DNA of 8,171 nucleotides from Octopus sinensis (lineage: Eukaryota): the NCBI RefSeq assembly GCF_006345805.1, contig NW_021828475.1:1-8171 (forward strand), read 5' to 3'. This document shows positions 1 to 7,423 of the stretch, piece after piece (the first letter of the stretch is position 1; each line of letters starts with the position of its first letter). The position numbers were made by a program, and so were the translations under genes. The notes below the pieces were generated by a model. The model saw only the letters and a list, made by a program, of their open reading frames with translations, did no database searches and was not told the origin of the DNA.

Positions 1-208
1 TAGACATTTTCTAATGTCGAGAAGAAAATAACAGAAAGGAAATGGGGTCGAAACTGCCCCTAGGGGCGAATTCCTCCCTTGGAAAAGCACTCAAATGAAA
101 GTTGGTTGCCTTACACACCTTATTTGCAAAAATCTACACAAAAATTGGCCTATAAATAGTCAAAATAAATGATTACCTTCGGAGCTGAAACGACATCACA
201 TCCGTCAA

Positions 209-259
209 AGATAGATAGATAGATAGATAGATAGACAGAGAGATGGATAGATAGATAGG

Positions 260-292
<33 letters not shown>

Positions 293-294
293 GG

Positions 295-366
<72 letters not shown>

Positions 367-655
367 GACATAAAGAGACAAACAGACGGAAAGAGAACGA
401 TAGATAGATAGAGATACAGACAGAGACGATTGAGAGATTGATAAATAGATAGAAAGACAAGAAGACAGATAGATAAATAGATAGGCAGATAGATAGACAG
501 AAAGACCGATAAATAGATAGAGAGATAGATTGATAGACAGAAAGACCGATAAATAGATAGAGAGATAGATTGATAGATAGATAGATAGACAGATAGATAT
601 ATAGATAGATAGACAGATAGATAGATAGATAGGTAGATAGATAGATTGATAGATT

Positions 656-693
<38 letters not shown>

Positions 694-743
694 CAGACAG
701 ATAGATAAATAGATAGATAGATAGATAGGTAGATAGATAGATT

Positions 744-777
<34 letters not shown>

Positions 778-784
778 CAGATAA
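209..784. repeat. (GATA)n microsatellite, ~575 bp, with a degenerate central part and an internal 40-bp duplication (492-531 / 532-571)
   Basis: Direct reading: long AGAT runs with GACA/GATT/GGTA variants. The block gatagacagaaagaccgataaatagatagagagatagatt occurs twice in tandem. It explains the SIYL-repeat ORFs on the minus strand. Confidence 0.97.
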
Positions 785-816
785 ATGGATGGATGGATGG
801 ATGGATGGATTGATGG
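785..816. repeat. (ATGG)n microsatellite continuing the GATA array
   Basis: Six perfect ATGG units plus a degenerate end; the unit differs from ATAG by one base. Confidence 0.9.
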
Positions 817-879
817 AGAAAGAGCGATTAATTTTCCATTCCAATCACTTTCTCTTGGAAGCAACAATTTGATGAGATA

Positions 880-960
880 AGGTGTGGTGTGTTGTGGGGT
901 GGTGTGGTGATGATGGTGGTGCTGTGGTGTCGGTGGTGGTGTTGTCAGTGTTGTCAGTGG
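880..960. repeat. GT-rich low-complexity tract, (GGT/GTT)-like
   Basis: ggtgtggtgtgttgtggggtggtgtggtgatgatggtggtg...; no stable period. Confidence 0.7.
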
Positions 961-1132
961 CAGGGAGAAAATTAGGTGTGAACCATAATAGAATTCAGGA
1001 ATCACGTAATAGATCTTCGGTGTTTACTTTGGTCTGTTTTATTCTCTATCTCTGTCTCTTCTTCTCTCGCACACACAGACATATACACAGCTACACAGCT
1101 ACCCCACCCCACTCAACACAACTACCATACGC

Positions 1133-1247
1133 GTATATACATATATATATATATGTATATATATGTGTATATATATATGTGTTGTGTGTTGTATATATGT
1201 GTGTGTGTATATATATATGTATATATATATATGTGTATATATATATG

Positions 1248-1279
<32 letters not shown>

Positions 1280-1302
1280 TGTAAATATATATATGTATAT
1301 AG

Positions 1303-1338
<36 letters not shown>

Positions 1339-1490
1339 ATGTATATATATATATATGTATATATTATATATGTATAATATATGATATATATATATGTTAT
1401 ATATATGTAAATATATTATATATATATAATATGTATATATATGTATATATGTATGTATATATATATACATATATACATACTCACTTATAT
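1133..1490. repeat. Imperfect (TA)n microsatellite with TG/TATG interruptions
   Basis: Direct reading. It explains the YIYI-type ORFs at 882-1532, 1330-1611 and 1441-1797. Confidence 0.95.
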
Positions 1491-2032
1491 ACACACTATA
1501 AGAACCACAGAACTCTCTCACACGCGATTTGATAAGATGTCCTTTTTCCGTGATTTTCATTGGGTTTGTTTGAAAGAAGATTCCCGTCACCATACGTACA
1601 CACGCAAGCACTATTTAGACGTCGGAAGGTGTAAGGTCGAGAGTTATGTAGGCTTATTGTTAATGGTCTCTGGTACCAACCAACTTTATTACATTCGCGT
1701 ACATCGATATACGAATCTCTGTGAACGGATTTGTTATGTAGAGAGGATTTACGTGTCTTGTAACAAATGTATACAGGCGAAACCTAGAGGCATTTGAGGC
1801 TAGGAAAGGCCGACTAGAGCTGGCCTTTCTTATCCTTCTTAGTCGATGTAGAATTTTAAGAATTCGGGTTAAAAATTACCGTATTCAATGGCAAATATGG
1901 CGTACTTTTTTTTCTCCCCCAAATAATGTCTCCCCACCTTTCCTCCCTGCCTCACCGGGTCCTATACGGAAAGTCGGGCCATATTACATGCTGCTATGTT
2001 CAAAAGATCCTTTCCTGAATATACGCTGGTGA

Positions 2033-2700
2033 AATTGGAATATGTCTAGTAAACTAGTTCGTCGTCTTTTATGTCACGAAGTACGTGCTAACGTTTCTCG
2101 TTTCTTTACTGCCCACAAGGGGCTACACACAGAGGGGACAAACAATTGGAATATGTCTAGTAAACTAGTTCGTCGTCTTTTATGTCACGAAGTACGTGCT
2201 AACGTTTCTTGTTTCTTTACTGCCCACAAGGGGCTACACACAGAGGGGACAAACAATTGGAATATGTCTAGTAAACTAGTTCGTCGTCTTTTAGGTCACG
2301 AAGTACGTGCTAACGTTTCTTGTTTTCTTACTGCCCACAAGGGGCTACACACAGGGGGGACAAACAATTGGAATATGTCTAGTAAACTAGTTCGTCGTCT
2401 TTTATGTCACGAAGTACGTGCTAACGTTTCTTGTTTCTTTACTGCCCACAAGGGGCTACACACAGAGGGGACAAACAATTGGAATATGTCTAGTAAACTA
2501 GTTCGTCGTCTTTTATGTCACGAAGTACGTGCTAACGTTTCTTGTTTCTTTACTGCCCACAAGGGGCTACACACAGAGGGGACAAACAATTGGAATATGT
2601 CTAGTAAACTAGTTCGTCGTCTTTTATGTCACGAAGTACGTGCTAACGTTTCTTGTTTCTTTACTGCCCACAAGGGGCTACACACAGGGGGGACAAACAA
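2033..2700. repeat. Tandem array of six 111-bp units (SINE tail plus flanking DNA)
   Basis: The unit AATTGGAATATGTCTAGTAAACTAG...GGGGACAAAC starts at 2033, 2144, 2255, 2366, 2477 and 2588. 6 x 111 = 666 bp, plus a 2-bp AA junction microhomology. Units 2, 4 and 5 are identical, units 1 and 6 differ by 1 nt, and unit 3 differs by 4 nt. Confidence 0.98.
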
Positions 2701-2884
2701 GGACAGACAAACGGATTAAGTCGATTATATCGACCCCAATGCGTAACTGGTACTTATTTAATCGACCCCGAAAAGATGAAAGGCAAAGTCGACCTCGGCG
2801 GAATTTGAACTCAGAACGTAACGGCAGACGAAATACCGCTAAGCATTTCGCCCGGCGTGCTAACGTTTCTGCCAACTCGCCGCT
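2654..2884 (-). mobile_element. tRNA-derived SINE, family 1 (CORE-like central domain), apparently full length
   Basis: The minus strand begins AGCGGCGAGTTGGCAGAAACGTTAGCACG (A-box-like) and has B-box GAGTTCAAATTCC (2812-2800). The body is GAGGTCGACTTTGCCTTTCATCTTTTCGGGGTCGATTAAATAAGTACCAG and the tail ends GTGGGCAGTAAAGAAAC. Four more homologous copies in this window confirm it is an interspersed repeat. Similarity to octopus OR-type/CORE SINEs is from recall and was not checked. Confidence 0.9.
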
Positions 2885-2886
2885 TT

Positions 2887-3425
2887 ACTATCACTGAACA
2901 TTGACAAACAACAGGTCAACTGTATCTATTACCTAATATCGACAAACAACGAGCCAGCTGTAGCTATAGCCAAATTTGACAGACAGCCAGTGAACTGAAG
3001 CTATAATAAAATATTGACAAACAATAGGTCGACTATAGCTACCTAAGATCATTGACAGACAACAAACCAATTGTAGCTGTTACCGAATATTGACAAGCAA
3101 TAAGTCAACAGTACCTATCACCGAATATTGACAGAAAACAAGCAAACTGTTGCTACTGACAGACAGAGGTCAACTGAAGTTATCTACGAACATTGACAGA
3201 CAATAGGTTAATTGCAAATTATATTGACAGATATGAAACCAATAGGTCAACTGTTACTGCCACCGAATCTTGGTAGACATGTCAACAGTAGCTACCACGC
3301 AATATTGACAGTCCACCGGTGAATTGTAGCTACCAGCGAATATTGACAGGTAATAGGTCAACGGTAGTAACTACCGAATATTGATAAGTAACCAGAGAAC
3401 TGTAGCTACCACCGAATATTGACAG
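2887..3425. repeat. Diverged minisatellite, ~14 units of ~38 bp, consensus approx. GAATATTGACAGACAATAGGTCAACTGTAGCTACCACC
   Basis: (A)ATATTGACA recurs about every 32-44 bp, followed by AACTGTAGCTAC-like blocks; aligned by eye. Confidence 0.9.
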
Positions 3426-3435
3426 GGATGTGGAA

Positions 3436-3768
3436 GCACTTCGTCGGTTACGACGATGAGGGTTCCGGTTGATCCGAATCAACGGAACAGCCTGCTCGTG
3501 AAATTAACGTGTAAGTGGCTGAGCACTCCACAGACACGTGTACCCTTAACGTAGTTCTCGGGGATATTCAGCGTGACACAGAGAGTGACAAGGCCGGCCC
3601 TTTGAGTGAGAGAAAGTTGTGGTGAAAGAGTACAGCAGGGATCACCACCATCCCCTGCTGGAGCCTCGTGGAGCTTTTAGGTGTTTTCGCTCAATAAACA
3701 CTCACAACACCCGGTCTGGGAATCGAAACCGCGAACCTATGACCGCGAGTCCGCTGCCCTAACCACTG
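3436..3768 (-). mobile_element. tRNA-derived SINE, family 2; 5' end of the head slightly truncated
   Basis: The minus strand starts CAGTGGTTAGGGCAGCGGACTCGCGGTCATAGGTTCGCGGTTTCGATTCCCAGACCGGG, which is tRNA-like with a partial A-box and B-box GGTTTCGATTCCC (3730-3718). An internal GC hairpin lies at 3633-3660. A LINE-like terminal stem-loop TCGTCG-GTTA-CGACGA lies at 3441-3456. Confidence 0.85.
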
Positions 3769-3817
3769 TTTTATTGCTTCTCTGCTTCTCTCGTTTTAAT
3801 GTCTCTTATTCATTATA

Positions 3818-3925
3818 CTTCTCTCTCTCTCTGTTTATGCGAATGAGTGTTTTAGTCGATCATGTTTAATTAGTAAATCGTAAGCTGTCTGTCTGTCTGT
3901 CTCTCTGATTATCTCTCTCTGTATG
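3818..3925. repeat. Short (CT)n/(CTGT)n low-complexity patches
   Basis: ctctctctctct at ~3820-3832 and ctgtctgtctgtctgtctctct at ~3885-3906. Confidence 0.6.
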
Positions 3926-4380
3926 TATTTATTTCTGCGCGCACGTTTGCCTCCAGTGCCAAAATATATACTTTTGCCAAAGCAAACTGAATGCCCAGCA
4001 AACCGTGCTAAATCACCAGTATTCAAACAGCTGCACCCGATCGCCTCATTCTGTAGAAAGAGAATAGAGGAGTGCTTTGAACAATGTCGAATGCAGCAGA
4101 ATCACAATGGCTAATTCCATTTGGCTCTTCCAATATTATTCTTCAATCAACTAAAGGATTGGCATTTCTGAACAATGTCTCTTCTCGGATCTTAAAATAA
4201 AATGGTTTCAATTTATCTCTAAATGGCTCAGATTTGAAAGTAAAGTGCATATTTTATGTGCAACAGGTTATGCAAAAAATGTGTTATGTTCCTGAAATAT
4301 GGAAGGTGGGTTATTAATATTGACGTTGTTACTAATGTAGTTGTTCTTCTTGTTATTGAGTAGCAACTCATTAATTCTTA

Positions 4381-4564
4381 TTTCTTTACTACCCACAAGG
4401 GGCTAAACACACAGAGGGAACAGACAAGGACAGACAAACGGATTAAGTCGATTATATCGACCCCAATGAGTAACTGGTACTTATTTAATCGACTCCGAAA
4501 GGATGAAAGGCAAAACCGACCTCGGCGGAATTTGAACTAAAAACGTAGCGGCAGACAAAATACC
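4381..4564 (-). mobile_element. SINE family 1, copy A (lacks first ~45 nt of head)
   Basis: Colinear with 2654-2884 from the tail (tttctttactacccacaagggg) to ...ggcagacaaaatacc, then switches into the tail of the next copy. Confidence 0.9.
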
Positions 4565-4565
4565 C

Positions 4566-4749
4566 ATTTCTTTACTGCCCACAAGGGGCTAAACACAGAG
4601 GGGAGAAAGAAGGACAGACAAACGGATTAAGTCGATTACATCGGCCCCAGTGAGTAACTTGTACTTATTTAATCGACCCTGAAATGATGAAAGGAAAAAC
4701 CAACCTCGGCGGAATTTGAAATTCAGAACGTAGCGGCAGACAAAATACC
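4566..4749 (-). mobile_element. SINE family 1, copy B (same head truncation as copy A)
   Basis: Colinear with copy A and ends at the same ggcagacaaaatacc position. Confidence 0.9.
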
Positions 4750-4973
4750 TAATTCTTTACTGTCCACAAGGGGCTATACACAGAGTGGAGAAACAAGGAC
4801 AGACAAACGGATTAAGTCGATTATATCGACCCCAGTGCGAAAATGGTACTTATTTAATCGACCCGAAGGATGAAGGCAAAGTCGACCTCGGCGGAATTTG
4901 ACTCTCAGACGTGACGGCAGACGAAATACCGCAAAGCATTTCGCCCGAGTGCTAACCTTTCTGCCAGCTCACC
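4750..4973 (-). mobile_element. SINE family 1, copy C (near full length)
   Basis: Colinear with 2654-2884 through the head (...gcatttcgcccgagtgctaacctttctgccagctcacc). Confidence 0.9.
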
Positions 4974-5102
4974 AATTCTGCTGGAACGTTTCAGCAACAC
5001 ATCAATTCTGCTGGAACAGATATTGAGAACTTAAGTTGCTGATCAAATATTTGGGTGTTGCCTACAGACCTGGCTGAGTGTTGAGATAAATGAGTACTGA
5101 TT

Positions 5103-5289
5103 AGCAAAATGCATAGCAGCATTTCGTCCTTCATTACGTTCTGAGTTCAAACTCCGTCAAGATCGACTTTGCCCTTCATCCTTTCGGAGTCGATAAAAAG
5201 AGTACCAGCTGGGTACAGGGGTCGATGTAATCGACTAGCCACTTCCCCTGAAATTGTTAGCCTTGTGTCAAAATTTGAAACCAATAATT
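5103..5289 (+). mobile_element. SINE copy D: family-1-related head and core with a different 3' tail
   Basis: B-box GAGTTCAAACTCC at 5143-5155; core GATCGACTTTGCCCTTCATCCTTTCGGAGTCGATAAAAAGAGTACCAG. After GGGGTCGATGTAATCGACT it diverges into AGCCACTTCCCCTGAAATTGTTAGCCTTGTGTCAAAATTTGAAACCAATAAT. Confidence 0.82.
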
Positions 5290-5360
5290 GTAAGGACATA
5301 TTGGAAGAATCGTTAGAGAATCTAGGTAGAACGTATTGTGGGAATTAGTATGATCCAGTT

Positions 5361-5738
5361 ATCTTTTATCCGTTTCAGTCATTAGACTGTGGCCATGCTG
5401 GGGCTCTGCCTTGAACTTTTAACCAAATGAATCGACCCCAGTACTTATTTTTCAAGCCTGGTACTTATTCTATCGGTCTTTTGCCAAACCGCTAAGTTAC
5501 GGCGACGTAAGCACACCAACACCAGTGGCGATGGGGGACAAACACAGACACACACTTATAGATATATATATACATATATACACGACGGGCTTCTTTCAAT
5601 GTCTGTCTTCAAAATCCACTCACAAGGCTTTGGTCGGCCCGAGGCTATAGGAGAAGACGCTCACCCAAGATGCCACGCAGTGGGACTGAATCCGGAACCA
5701 CGTGGCTGGGAAGCAAGGTTCTTACCACACAGCCGCAC
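5361..5738 (-). mobile_element. tRNA-derived composite SINE, family 3, with an internal (TA)/(TG) microsatellite
   Basis: Minus-strand head GGCTGTGTGGTAAGAACCTTGCTTCCCAGCCACGTGGTTCCGGATTCAGTCCCACTGCG with a B-box-like motif at 5693-5682. It is followed by the CORE-like CTTGGGTGAGCGTCTTCTCCTATAGCCTCGGG, a microsatellite at ~5545-5582 and the tail CCAGCATGGCCACAGTCTAATGACTGAAACGGATAAAAGAT. Confidence 0.8.
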
Positions 5739-6081
5739 GTTCCAAGTTCACATGCCATTGAGGTCAATTTTACTTTTCATATTTCTAGGACCTATAAAAT
5801 AAGGCACCAGACAATTGCTTTTAGCCGCAAATTTGTGGACTTGTGTCTCCGCCCGAAATCTTTATTACTAATGACAAAGGCGTTGTTGAATGGCAGAATT
5901 ATCGGGAATGTTGTACAAAATGCTTTGTAGTATAGAGTTGTGACCCCTTACGATGTAAGAAAAGATTATTTTCAATGATGCTGGTATAACTTTTCAACCA
6001 GTGAGCCTAATCTATTCTGGTTTGTAAAATACGAAATCCATATTTTGAGTTGTTAAAAAAAATATTCATTGTGGTGGCGTA

Positions 6082-6510
6082 TAGTTAGTTAGTAAATTTT
6101 TTGGCTCAAAAAGCAAAAAAGCAAGGCCATGAAGGGGGACATGGAGTTATGTACAGGGTGGTGTTCATGTAAAGAGTTCAGGCCACTTGTGGTCAAGGGA
6201 GACTTTGAACCGAGCGGTCGTCGGCATCTTCACCATCTCGTCCGGCAGCTTATTCCACGGATCCGCAACCCGGACGGAGAAAGCCCCTCTCCTTCGATTG
6301 AGATGAAATCGTCGCAGATAGAGCTTTTCGGAGTGACCCCGCAGCCGACGCTCTGGAGCAGGAGTGAAGAACAGCTCTTTCGAGAGGTTACACTTTCCTC
6401 CGCTTATGATGTTTGTGACCAAGAATGAGATCACCACGGCGTCGTCGTTTTTCTAGAGAATAAAAGTCGAGCGTCTTCAGCCTTTCTTCATAAGACAAAT
6501 TCATCAGATG
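6082..6510 (-). mobile_element. CR1-clade LINE 3' fragment (ORF2 C-terminus, 3' UTR and (ACTA)n tail); 5'-truncated and frameshifted
   Basis: The minus strand translates LSYEERLKTLDFYSLEKRRRRGDLILGH, then after a +1 frameshift near 6420 NIISGGKCNLSKELFF...LRGHSEKL...RRGAFSVRVADPWNKLP...FKVSLDHKW*. These match the CR1 ORF2 C-terminal motifs (SYEERL..L.SLE.RR.RGDLI; LRGH..KL; FS.RV...WN.LP). A short 3' UTR ends in TACTAACTAACTA (6093-6082). Confidence 0.92.
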
Positions 6511-6723
6511 CAGACGACAGGTTATGTAAGCTGTTTGTTTGCAATGAGTTATTCAAATAATTAATTGGGATAAACAGTTTACACAACCGGTAGTCTGTCT
6601 AATGAAACGGTATGCGTCATAATTACGAAATTATTTTAACGTGTCATAATATAGATTTCGTACACTTTGGAATGGATGTAGTGCAAATCTAATTTTCCCA
6701 TTCCTTTCATTAAACCACACACT

Positions 6724-6791
6724 TATGTATGTATGTATGTATGTATGTATGTATGTATGTATGTATGTATGTATGTATGTATGTATGTATG
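6724..6791. repeat. (TATG)17 perfect microsatellite
   Basis: 68 bp of uninterrupted TATG. Confidence 0.98.
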
Positions 6792-6792
6792 T

Positions 6793-7343
6793 TCGTTCTC
6801 CTTTAAACCAAAAAAGAGGAATAAGGACTTGCTGAAGGCTTCCTTAAGAGATGCTTGCATCTCTCCTGACACATGGGAAGGCATAGTTATTGATCGTAGC
6901 AGGTGGAGAGGGATGTCAGGAAGAGCATCGCTGTTACACTTCCAGATGGGAGGGGTCTTCCTATGATGTTGACATGCAGTGTCTGTGCAAGACCCTGCCT
7001 CAGTAAAGCTGGACTCAAGAGTCATCTTCGTATCATAAAGCGAGAACAGAGGAGTGACAACCTGGCCACTGGTGGTGGTGTTCACGCCATACTAATCATA
7101 TCTGCCGGGCATGTGGAAGAGTGTAATTCGGCAGGAGAGACTTAAACGACATGCAAAGGTACATGAGCCAGTTACCAACTACAACACGGCTATTACCGTA
7201 AAGATTTTAGTTGCCAATTCGTACAAGACATTGTAGATCTTTGGCTGGGTTAAAAGTCACATTCGATCATAGCACCAGTAACAGTTAAGCTTTGTGCAAT
7301 GGCCATACTCGATAACGAGGGGGCAGCCATAATAATTATATTA
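6793..7343 (+). mobile_element. RTE/BovB-type LINE 3' fragment, degenerate, with three C-terminal C2H2 finger remnants, a 3' stem-loop and an AT tail
   Basis: KPKKRNKDLLKASLRDACISPDTWEGIVIDRSRWR matches the RTE post-RT motif (K.R.KD.LK.SL....I....WE..A.DR..WR). Fingers reconstructed across small indels lie at 6975-7036, 7103-7164 and 7212-7270. The terminal ATGGC..CTCG-ATAA-CGAG..GCCAT (7299-7330) is followed by AATAATTATATT. Confidence 0.82.
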
Positions 7344-7423
7344 ATGTATGTATGTATGCATGTATGTATGTATGTATGTATGTATGTATGTATGTATGTA
7401 TGTATGTATGTATGTATGTATGT
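7344..7423. repeat. (ATGT)20 microsatellite with one ATGC variant
   Basis: 80 bp, direct reading. Confidence 0.98.

Noticed and set aside
56-67. Perfect palindrome GCCCCTAGGGGC upstream of the GATA array (possible Helitron/Helentron terminus)
   Set aside because: No matching subterminal inverted repeats or other terminus are visible; a single 12-bp palindrome is weak evidence.
150-1797. Long ORFs (SIYL, YIYI and His/Thr/Pro-rich) of 73-266 aa
   Set aside because: They are translations of GATA, TA and GT-rich microsatellites that lack stop codons in some frames; there are no domain signatures.
2640-2897. ORFs 2640-2897 (+) and 2678-2875 (-)
   Set aside because: They lie inside a SINE and are chance open frames.
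2033-3425. CRISPR-like appearance of the 111-bp and 38-bp arrays
   Set aside because: There are no unique spacers (the variable parts are homologous variants), no cas genes, and the context is eukaryotic SINE/LINE DNA.
2901-3425. TTGACA as bacterial -35 boxes
   Set aside because: The context is eukaryotic, there are no correctly spaced -10 boxes, and the motif is part of a minisatellite unit.
3700-3768. tRNA gene candidates at the SINE heads (also 2800-2884 and 5680-5738)
   Set aside because: They have A/B-box similarity but no complete cloverleaf or acceptor stem, and each continues into a SINE body.
3930-4200. Possible exon: acceptor-like CTCCTCTATTCTCTTTCTACAG on the minus strand (exon from 4050) and TTTGCCTCCAG on the plus strand, with short open frames
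   Set aside because: No convincing donor site and no recognisable protein motif. It cannot be excluded without RNA-seq or homology search, but it is unsupported.
5599-6428. ORFs 5599-5802, 5670-5930 and 6129-6428 (+)
   Set aside because: They are antisense to a SINE head or the CR1 remnant, or lack any motif; treated as shadow ORFs.
6470-6515. CTGATGA...GAAA on the minus strand resembling a hammerhead ribozyme core
   Set aside because: Stems I-III cannot be formed, and the sequence is the CR1 coding remnant at its truncation point.
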